Assembly (NCBI GenBank): GCA_030167145.1
Contig: CP126532.1
Location: 3,000,001-3,032,000, forward strand
DNA from: Ktedonobacterales bacterium
Lineage (GTDB): Bacteria > Chloroflexota > Ktedonobacteria > Ktedonobacterales > JADMIN01
Direction of reading: 5' to 3'
Length of the DNA stretch: 32,000 nt
The position numbers were made by a program, and so were the translations under genes. Numbering within the stretch: position 1 is the first letter of the stretch; each line of letters begins with the position of its first letter. The notes beneath the pieces were generated by a model. That model had not been told where the DNA came from and searched no databases. It saw only the letters and a list, made by a program, of their open reading frames with translations. Shown one piece after another: positions 18,237-25,705 of this stretch.

Positions 18237-19997
18237 ATGCCCCGCCGCCGATTCGCCATGTGGCTCTGGTCGTTGCTGTCATTGCTCGCATTGGCGCTGG
18301 TCGCGCCGCTGAGCGCAGCGCCCACGGTCCGCGCCGCGCCATCACAGCGGAGCCAGAGCGCGCCGCCCGACCTGCCAGCGGTAGACCCCAGCTACATCTA
18401 TGACCAGCTCTTCCACATGGCCACCTCGTTCCAGCGGCGCGAGTCAGGCTACGACAACAACCTCCCGGTGAACGTCAACGGCCACGACGAATTCGCCGCC
18501 TACTGGACGCAAGAGATCACCAGCGATCTCGCGGGCTTCGGCGCGACGGCGCGGCGCGATAGCTTCCCGATTCAGGGCTGGCGCGGTCGCCCCGCCACGG
18601 TCCCCGCCCTTAATGTCGAGGTCACGGTGCCCGGCCTCATCCACCCTGAGCAGGTCGTCGTCATCGGCTGCCACTATGATGGCGAAGCCTCCTCCACGCA
18701 ATCGGCCAACGACGACGCCAGCGGCTGCGCCATTGAACTGGGCGTGGCGAAGGCGATGGCGGCATACTGGCGTGCGCACCACGTCTATCCGGCGCGCACA
18801 CTGCGCTTCGTGCTCTTCGACGCCGAGGAGCAAGGGCTGTACGGCTCATTCCACTACCTCAACGACACCATCAACGGCGACACCGCCAATGTGGTGGCGA
18901 TGTTCAACGAAGAGCAGAACGGCATTGCCTATCCCTTGCGCTTCCTGGGCAAGTTGAGCAATCCGCTGCTGCCCTTCTACGTAGACCTCGCGCCGCTGAC
19001 CAGCAGCCAGCTCTACCCCAATCAGGATACGCTCGCGCCCGCGCAAAAAGCGGCGATCACCGGATTCCGCGCGCTCTCGCAGCAGTCCTATGCGGCGGTC
19101 TTCGCGCAGTTTCAGGCGCTGGGCTATGCCACGCTGGCCTATACCGACACGGCGGGCAAGGCCGTCACGCAGCCAGTCTTCGCCCCCGACGCGCTGAACA
19201 ACGTGCAACCCGAAGACGACACCCTCGGCAGCAGCGATCAGGTGCCATTCACGCTGGCCGGGCTGCCCGCCGTCACCTACGTTGGCAACTCCACCTACTA
19301 CGACCAGGATAGCCCCCCGCCGTGGTCCTATCCCTACGACCAGCCAACCGATACCATCCAGTTGATGAACACCTTCGCCAGCGGCAGTTCGGCCAAGGCC
19401 CCCGCGCTAGAGCTTGCGCTGGCGCTGCCGGGCATGCTCACCGCGTGGATGCTCAATCAGCCCGCCATCCTCGGCGCCGCGCCCGCCGATGGCAAGCCGC
19501 TGGCGGCGATCAGCGATGTCGGCCAGCTCCAGCCGGGGCAGCCCGTCGCGCTGGATGCCAACGCTTCGTTCGATCCAGCCAGCGCGGGCGCGCTGGCCTA
19601 CGCCTGGGACTTCGGCGACGGCGCGACGGCCAGCGGCGTATCCGTGACGCACACCTACGCCAGTGCGGGCACGTACACGCTCACGCTCACAGCCCGCGGC
19701 CCATCAGGCACGCGCGCGGTACGCAAAACCCTCACCGTCACCGCGCAGCCGCCAGTCTACGCCAACCCCTACGCGCAATACGCATCCAATGGCCGCCCGC
19801 CCGCGAATCCCCAAGTGACACTGCCACAGCCCAACGACACACCAGTCCCCTCATCCCCCGTCCCACACGTGACACCCGGCCCCCCTGTGTCATCTTCGGG
19901 CGTGCCGCTCTGGCTCTGGCTGGTGGGCGCGCTGGTCGTCATCGCCGCACTGTCGGCGCTGGGCCTGGCGCTGAGCGGGCGGCGCAAGCAATCATGA
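18237..19997 (+). CDS. Secreted, C-terminally anchored M28-family metallo-aminopeptidase with a PKD domain
   Basis: ATG 18237 after GGAAGGA, with a signal peptide. M28 zinc-ligand motifs are VVVIGCHYDG, NDDASGCA and FVLFDAEEQGLYGS. The PKD motif is YAWDFGDGATASGVSVTHTYASAGTYTLTLTA. The C-terminal TM helix is followed by SGRRKQS. Confidence 0.85.
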   Translation: MPRRRFAMWLWSLLSLLALALVAPLSAAPTVRAAPSQRSQSAPPDLPAVDPSYIYDQLFHMATSFQRRESGYDNNLPVNVNGHDEFAAYWTQEITSDLAGFGATARRDSFPIQGWRGRPATVPALNVEVTVPGLIHPEQVVVIGCHYDGEASSTQSANDDASGCAIELGVAKAMAAYWRAHHVYPARTLRFVLFDAEEQGLYGSFHYLNDTINGDTANVVAMFNEEQNGIAYPLRFLGKLSNPLLPFYVDLAPLTSSQLYPNQDTLAPAQKAAITGFRALSQQSYAAVFAQFQALGYATLAYTDTAGKAVTQPVFAPDALNNVQPEDDTLGSSDQVPFTLAGLPAVTYVGNSTYYDQDSPPPWSYPYDQPTDTIQLMNTFASGSSAKAPALELALALPGMLTAWMLNQPAILGAAPADGKPLAAISDVGQLQPGQPVALDANASFDPASAGALAYAWDFGDGATASGVSVTHTYASAGTYTLTLTARGPSGTRAVRKTLTVTAQPPVYANPYAQYASNGRPPANPQVTLPQPNDTPVPSSPVPHVTPGPPVSSSGVPLWLWLVGALVVIAALSALGLALSGRRKQS

Positions 19998-20373
19998 CCA
20001 CTGCATCGCACCTGCGATGACATATAAACCCCACTAAATACCACCACCAAGGAATATTGAGTGGCGCTGGTATGACGCTTGCGGGAGCCTACCCGTGCAG
20101 CGCATGGTGGGCGGCTACCACCGGCCTGAAAGCCTGGTCTCTGGCTGATCTTCAGGGGAACCGGCTGGCCTTGAGTGGGCTGATTCCACTCATGCGCGCT
20201 GCGGCCACACCGCGCGTGGCTGCTCTTCTGCGCGGAGTCCACGGCACCGGGGCAGGCGACGGCTTGCCCCATCTTCTAGCCCCATCTCCTTTCTTTGCCA
20301 TGTTCACCTTCCACACCTCTTATCACTCCCTTAATCCCTGTTTCCTATTTCATCCCCGCTCACGACTTCTTCC

Positions 20374-20382
20374 TGATATAAT
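20374..20382 (+). promoter_or_regulatory. Extended -10 promoter upstream of the sigma-factor gene
   Basis: TGaTATAAT at 20374-20382. It would give a ~210-nt leader before ATG 20600. Confidence 0.45.
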
Positions 20383-20599
20383 GGGCCGGTGGTCTCGGAC
20401 GATGTCATACATACCGCCTTCCACTTCTGGCGCATCGGATGCCCGCTCTGCCACACGCTCCACCGGCAAACCCGCACGCTTCCCGCCTTCCGCATTTGCC
20501 CCGCGCAAACGGAAAGGAGCAGCAGAAGCGCTTCGTAATTCCCGGTGAGAGCGTCCAGACGCGCACGAAGTTGGAGCAGCAATAGGGGAGACGATCCGG

Positions 20600-21469
20600 A
20601 TGGACGAGTCTGAGTCGAAGAAGGCAGGAGCGCAAACCAGGGGACGGCGCACCCGTCCCACAGATACGGCGGTGGATACCATGCCACAGGTCACGCGCAG
20701 CGCGGCCACCCTTGCCGCGCACACCGATGAGGCGCTGCCCGACCCGCGCGAGCCAGCATCGCTGGCGCGGCTACGGCAACGCACCAGCACCGGCGGCTAC
20801 ACCATCCCCGAAGCCGATCTCGTGCGCGCCATTCGCGGCTGGGGCCAGCGCGGCGAACACGCCGTGGTCCGCCAGCTCTGCGAGCTGCTCATCGAACGCT
20901 GCATGCCAGAGTTCCAGCGGCGCTCATGGGGGCTGCGTCACCGCCCCGACCTGATGGAAGACGCGATCATGGGCATGATCGAGCAGGTCTTGCGCGAGGC
21001 GCAAGACCCGACCGAAACCTTCATGACGCTCAACTTCATCCACTATCTGCGCTGCTGCGCCGCCGATAATTTCAACCGCGTCCTGCGGCAAGAGGGGCTG
21101 AGCTACCGCCGCGACGACCAGGGCCGCCCCGCGGGCAAGCCCCAGCACGTCCCGCAGGCCCTCGTTGACCGGATTGACGCGGGCGCAGAGAATAGGGATG
21201 ATGAGACAGCGCAGCCAGCGGCCATCGCCGACCCGCATGACCAACTGGATGAGCGCATGGCGGCGGTGGAGGCGCAGCGCATTTTGCTGTATCTCCCCGA
21301 TCCGCTCGACCGGCAGATTGTAATTTTGCGGGCGCTAGAGCACATGCGCTGGGACGACATCGCCAGGGCATGCGGCAAGACCGAACGCACCATGCGCCTG
21401 CGCTACGACAAAGCATTAGTGCGATTACGTGAGAGCATCGAGGCCGAGACCGCGATGGTGGCGCGCTAG
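20600..21469 (+). CDS. ECF-like sigma-70 family RNA polymerase sigma factor with an N-terminal extension
   Basis: Region-2-like segment (DLMEDAIMGMIEQVL...FMTLNFIHYLRCCAADNFNRVLRQ) and region-4 HTH (LPDPLDRQIVILRALEHMRWDDIARACGKTERTMRLRYDKALVRLRE). An ~75-aa basic/Pro-rich N-terminal extension precedes them. Confidence 0.7.
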   Translation: MDESESKKAGAQTRGRRTRPTDTAVDTMPQVTRSAATLAAHTDEALPDPREPASLARLRQRTSTGGYTIPEADLVRAIRGWGQRGEHAVVRQLCELLIERCMPEFQRRSWGLRHRPDLMEDAIMGMIEQVLREAQDPTETFMTLNFIHYLRCCAADNFNRVLRQEGLSYRRDDQGRPAGKPQHVPQALVDRIDAGAENRDDETAQPAAIADPHDQLDERMAAVEAQRILLYLPDPLDRQIVILRALEHMRWDDIARACGKTERTMRLRYDKALVRLRESIEAETAMVAR

Positions 21470-21485
21470 AAGCGGGAGAGAGCAC

Positions 21486-22184
21486 ATGACACGACAGAGC
21501 AAGACCCGACAGCAAGCTCCTCGCGCCACTAGCCGCACAGGCACTGGCGGAGGCAAGGACATGACAACAGTAATGGACGCCAAAATGGCGCTAGTGAAGG
21601 CGCGCGACCTCGGCCAGCCGGACGCGCTGGGCACAGTTCTCGGCACGTATCCCGCCTCCTACACGCCCGACCTGATCGAATTCGACGCCGGGCTGGTGGC
21701 GACCAGCGGCTACGCCAACGAAACGCCCACCCCAGAGACCGAGAGCATCGCTGCGCGGGCGCTCTCCAGGGCCTTCGCGCATATTTTCGTCGAACCGGCG
21801 ATAGCCACCGGTCCGCTCGCCGCCGCGCAAGGCGCCCTCGCCACACTGCGCGGCCTGCGCCGGGCACGCGGCCTGACACCGCGCGTGTTGGGCCAGAAGA
21901 TCGGCCTCGGCGTAGACATCATCAGCAGCCTGGAGGCCGGCATGATCCGCGTCGTCTCCATCCCCGACCGGCTGATCCGCGCGCTCAGCGACGCGCTCGG
22001 CACAACCGTCGAGCAGATGCAGAACGCCCTCGCCACCCAGCCGATGGTCGAGCCTGCCCTGCGGCGCGACCAAACGCGCGGCGGCCAGCACACCTCCGAG
22101 CAATCCGCGATGGATTTCGCCGACGCCGTGCGCGTCAGCCCAAACATGACCGACGCCGAAAAATCCACCTGGCTCGGCGAATAG
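21486..22184 (+). CDS. XRE-family HTH protein
   Basis: Track ORF 21429..22184. ATG 21486 follows GGGAGAG, 17 nt after the sigma-gene stop. HTH_3-like segment LRGLRRARGLTPRVLGQKIGLGVDIISSLEAGMI. The N-terminal ~130 aa have no recognised motif. Confidence 0.65.
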   Translation: MTRQSKTRQQAPRATSRTGTGGGKDMTTVMDAKMALVKARDLGQPDALGTVLGTYPASYTPDLIEFDAGLVATSGYANETPTPETESIAARALSRAFAHIFVEPAIATGPLAAAQGALATLRGLRRARGLTPRVLGQKIGLGVDIISSLEAGMIRVVSIPDRLIRALSDALGTTVEQMQNALATQPMVEPALRRDQTRGGQHTSEQSAMDFADAVRVSPNMTDAEKSTWLGE

Positions 22185-22236
22185 CACCGCCCCAGCCCCT
22201 CTCATTGCAAGCGGGCAGCGTCTACTGCTGAATATC

Positions 22237-22260
22237 CCCCAGCCAGTTCGCTGGCTGGGG
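22237..22260. terminator. Bidirectional terminator-like hairpin between convergent genes
   Basis: ccccagccag-ttcg-ctggctgggg: a perfect 10-bp GC-rich stem with a UUCG tetraloop. No clear U-tract on either side. Confidence 0.45.
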
Positions 22261-22264
22261 CGCA

Positions 22265-22328
22265 GTTGTAGCGCCGCCGTCCCGGCGGCTCGCGCCCACC
22301 ACATCCGTACCGCCGCCGTCCCGGCGCC
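22265..22328 (+). repeat. Two REP-like family B elements (GTAG/GTAC + GCCGCCG-TCC-CGGCGGC hairpin)
   Basis: gttgtagcgccgccgtcccggcggctc (22265-22291) is identical to 29927-29953. A second, degenerate copy gtaccgccgccgtcccggcg lies at 22307-22326. Confidence 0.8.
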
Positions 22329-22338
22329 CCCCCGCGCG

Positions 22339-25300
22339 CTACTCCTCCTCGCCCGCCGCCTCCTGCCCCATGCGATACTTGATATCGTAGTTGATGATGA
22401 AGTCGAGCTCCTCCTCCGTGAAGCCGTAGTGCCGCGCCAGCACGCGGTCTATCTCGTCTATGATGGGCTTGGAGAGACGCGGCTGGAATGTTTGGATCGT
22501 TAGCACTCCAAACTTCCCATAATTATTGGTGAGTGACTTGGAATTAGAAGCGAAGTCCTTCATTACCTGAATGCTTAGACCTTGCAGTGCTTTCGCAAGG
22601 CTTGGTCTAATCTCGTCAATAGTACATGGGAATGCCTCGATCTCGCGACGGTTTACATTACGAACATCAGAGTATGTGCAAAAGAACCAGAAGAAGAGGC
22701 TAGAGTTTAGGATTGCAAGGACAAGATCCCGATGCAACACAGAACCTAAATGGACTTCCTTGAGTTCTGAGGGTTGAAGCTTTTCGCCACGTGAGTCTGT
22801 AATCCTTGGAATGAAGTCAAGAAACTGAACGAAATACCTCAGTTTCCTTGTATAATAAACTACCGATTCCGAGTGAGGCACAAAGAAGGATCTCAGCGGC
22901 TTCTGCTTGCTGAGTCGTTCGAGAATACTTGTCTCTCTGGCAGTTGCCACTTTAGGAATAGCACTATTTACCGAGGTTCTATCATCGCTTAGCGATGCGA
23001 AAGTGATAGTCGCGAAGAGGATATCTCGCTCTTCACTGAACCACCTTCTATAGTTAGATACTTGTAGTCCTTCCCCATGTCGCACATTCCGCATCAACCA
23101 AATTGTTAGGCGCTTTTCAACACCAGTGAAAAGTTTGGATGGGCGCTCTGCGAAGCTGAGATTCCACGAAAGCCGCCCAGGATGAATCAAGCATGCTCTC
23201 AGATCATCGAAGCCATCTGTGCTAACTACTGAGACAGGTACGATCATGCCCATTGCCCCGTCATGGCTCAACAGGCCAGTAGACCGCTCCATAACAAATG
23301 AGTAAAGGTCACCGCACTTTTCTGTGAGGAACCCTTTTATCGAATACTGGTTCTGGATGTTCTTATACTCCACATACGGCGGATTCCCAATAATCACGTC
23401 GAAGCCGCCGCGCGAGTGGACGATGCCATAGAACTCGACGAACCAGTGGAAGGGCTGGTGGCTGGCGCGCCACGGCTCGAAGGCGAAGAGGTCGTTGGGG
23501 TCCACGCCGTATTCGCGCGCCAGGTAGCCGTTCAACACGGCGTTGAGGTCGTCCAGGCTGCGGCGCAGGTCGGCTTTGTCCTTGTGGGTGATCTCGCCAC
23601 CATAGGTCGTCTGCTGGTCGCGGAACTGTTTAAACTTGCTGGCGGCAATATCGGCTTTCTCGTTGATGCGCCGGAGAATCTCCTCGTCTTCTGGATAGGG
23701 CATGCGCAATTGGCCGTTGGGACCGCCGTACATCATGGCGTCGCGGACGGCATCCAGGGTGGCGAAGCCGACCAGCGTGTTGCCAGCGCGGATGTTGAAG
23801 TCAATATCGGGCAGCGGCTCCAGGTTCGCCTTGTCGTCCACCTGGGCGACGAGCTTGAGGAAGAGGCGCAGCTTGGCGATCTCGCAGGCTTCGGCCATGA
23901 TGTCTACGCCGTAGAGGTTGTTGACGATGATCGTCTTCAGGATGGCGTAGCGCGGGTTGGGGTGCTGCTTGACCGAAGCGAGAATGGCGCGGAGGTCGGG
24001 CGCGGAGCGGCTATCGCCGAGGCGGTCATAGTCGGCGACAAAGGCGCGCATGCGGTCCAGGGCGGCGGTGTAGAGCGGTTCGAGGATGGTGAGCGCCGCG
24101 AAGAGGAACGCGCCGGAGCCGCAGGTGGGGTCGAGGATGGTGATGGAGTTGAGCGCCTGCCAGAAGGCGCGCAGCAGTTCCACGCCCTCGCAGCGTTCGA
24201 TCACGTCGCGGGCGAAGCGTTCGATGTCGAGGTTGTAGGTAATCAGGTCGTTGATGCTGGTGATCTCGCCAGCGGCGAGCTTCGCGCGCAACTCGTGGCA
24301 GCGGGTGCGGCGGGCGACATACTCGCGCCAGGTTTCGGTGGGCAGCGCGTAGCTTGCGGCGGCGGGGCGGTTCCAGCCGCTGCGCTGGGCCACGTCGCCG
24401 ATGCCCGCCGCGATGTCTTCAGGGAGATCGAGGTCTACGCCCCGGCGCACGGCTTCGTAGATGTAGGCGTCGGGGTCGTCGCGCAGCAATCGCCAGACTT
24501 CGCCGTCGGGCGCGAAGGCGACCTTACATTTCTCGCGGGCGGAGTCGAAGAGGAAGGGCAGGATCGTGTTGCGGCCAATGTAGCCGGTGATATCCTCTTT
24601 GGTGTAGTACGCGCCCATCTGCTTCTGGTTGATGTATTTCTCGAAGATATAGCCCAGCACGTCGGGGTTGATCTCTTTGTCGGAATGTTTCTCGTCGTGA
24701 TGCTCGGTATCCAGATGCCAGTGGTATTCGTCGAAGAAGGCGAAGACGCGGGCGAAGGCGTCGTCGGGGATAGCGATGGCGGGGTTGGCAGCTTCGATCT
24801 GGTGGACCTCGAAAAGGCCGCCGTTGACGTAGGGGATGTCGCCGATCAGCGCGGCGAGGTCGTCGGCGCGTTCGGCGCGCGGCTGGCCGAGGCCCTCGTG
24901 GAAGAAGCGACGCAAGAATTCACGATAGAAGCGGTCGAACTGGCCGTCGCCGTGGCGCTCGCGGACCAGCTTCAGTCGGTTGGGCAGGTAGTTGGTGTCG
25001 CCGTCGAGAAAGTCCTTCTTCTGGATGAAGTAGGTGAACATCAGGCGGTTGAGCATCAGCGAGGCGTACCAGGCGCGCTGATCGTCGCTGGCGATGCCTT
25101 CGATGCGTTTGAGGAAGGCGTCATGTTCGGTCTTGAAGCGGTCGTAGAAGCGTTTGGTAGTGCGCTCCACATCGAAGGAGCCGGAGACTTTGCGAGCGAC
25201 ATCGAGAATGGTGAGGGTCTCTTCGTCGGCAATGTCTATGGCGAAGTCGCGCAACCGCTGCACGAGCGCCTCGCCAGTCTGCCCCGCGAAATAGGGCTGC

Positions 25301-25656
25301 TCGCGGACCGCGATGGGCTTACCGGGCTGGCGCTTCACCCACTGCCAGATCTGGCGCGTACGCTCACGGTCTACGAAGATGATGAGATGCTCGCGGGCGA
25401 GCTTAGTCACCTGGCTCTCGATCTGCTTGCGGGTGCTGTAATCCGGGATGCCGCCGCGCGGGTCGGGGTCGCAGAGCAGCACGGAGAAGCCGCGCTTCTG
25501 GGCGACGTGGCGCAGGATATAGGTCTCGCCGCCAGCGACGACGCTCAGCGTGTTGGCGGGAGGGTTATCCCAGCCTAGCTCTTCGATGAAGAGCGCGGTG
25601 AAAGCGAAATCTTTGAGGCAGGCACGCATGCGACTGGTAGCAACAGCAACAGCCAT
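22339..25656 (-). CDS. Large gamma-class N6-adenine DNA methyltransferase (Eco57I/TaqI-like) with an N-terminal unknown domain and a C-terminal TRD-like region
   Basis: Track ORF 22339..25827. I place the start at ATG 25656 (MAVAVATSRM..., GAAGGAG RBS 10 nt upstream), because the longer form overlaps the upstream gene by 120 nt. Motif I is ILDPTCGSGAFLF, motif IV is VIIGNPPYVEY, and the conserved tail reads RHYGFTEEELDFIINYDIKYRMG. Confidence 0.9.
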   Translation of the reverse strand: MAVAVATSRMRACLKDFAFTALFIEELGWDNPPANTLSVVAGGETYILRHVAQKRGFSVLLCDPDPRGGIPDYSTRKQIESQVTKLAREHLIIFVDRERTRQIWQWVKRQPGKPIAVREQPYFAGQTGEALVQRLRDFAIDIADEETLTILDVARKVSGSFDVERTTKRFYDRFKTEHDAFLKRIEGIASDDQRAWYASLMLNRLMFTYFIQKKDFLDGDTNYLPNRLKLVRERHGDGQFDRFYREFLRRFFHEGLGQPRAERADDLAALIGDIPYVNGGLFEVHQIEAANPAIAIPDDAFARVFAFFDEYHWHLDTEHHDEKHSDKEINPDVLGYIFEKYINQKQMGAYYTKEDITGYIGRNTILPFLFDSAREKCKVAFAPDGEVWRLLRDDPDAYIYEAVRRGVDLDLPEDIAAGIGDVAQRSGWNRPAAASYALPTETWREYVARRTRCHELRAKLAAGEITSINDLITYNLDIERFARDVIERCEGVELLRAFWQALNSITILDPTCGSGAFLFAALTILEPLYTAALDRMRAFVADYDRLGDSRSAPDLRAILASVKQHPNPRYAILKTIIVNNLYGVDIMAEACEIAKLRLFLKLVAQVDDKANLEPLPDIDFNIRAGNTLVGFATLDAVRDAMMYGGPNGQLRMPYPEDEEILRRINEKADIAASKFKQFRDQQTTYGGEITHKDKADLRRSLDDLNAVLNGYLAREYGVDPNDLFAFEPWRASHQPFHWFVEFYGIVHSRGGFDVIIGNPPYVEYKNIQNQYSIKGFLTEKCGDLYSFVMERSTGLLSHDGAMGMIVPVSVVSTDGFDDLRACLIHPGRLSWNLSFAERPSKLFTGVEKRLTIWLMRNVRHGEGLQVSNYRRWFSEERDILFATITFASLSDDRTSVNSAIPKVATARETSILERLSKQKPLRSFFVPHSESVVYYTRKLRYFVQFLDFIPRITDSRGEKLQPSELKEVHLGSVLHRDLVLAILNSSLFFWFFCTYSDVRNVNRREIEAFPCTIDEIRPSLAKALQGLSIQVMKDFASNSKSLTNNYGKFGVLTIQTFQPRLSKPIIDEIDRVLARHYGFTEEELDFIINYDIKYRMGQEAAGEEE

Positions 25657-25674
25657 GTAAATTGTACTCCTTCT

Positions 25675-25699
25675 GTAGCGCCGCCATCTCGGCGGCTCG
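25675..25699 (+). repeat. REP-like family B variant in the 49-bp helicase-MTase spacer
   Basis: gtagcgccgccatctcggcggctcg: GTAG plus a GCCGCC/GGCGGC stem. Confidence 0.7.
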
Positions 25700-25705
25700 A
25701 TGCTG

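Noticed and set aside
20057-20548. 163-aa ORF in the peptidase-sigma spacer
   Set aside because: It has no RBS, atypical composition and codon usage for this genome, and it runs through the predicted promoter. It is more likely non-coding.
19998-22338. tRNA gene or integrase marking an island boundary
   Set aside because: I looked for T-loop-like GGTTCGAAT/CCA-end signatures and for tyrosine or serine integrase genes flanking the accessory segment and found none. The only recombinase in the window is the IS607 tnpA.
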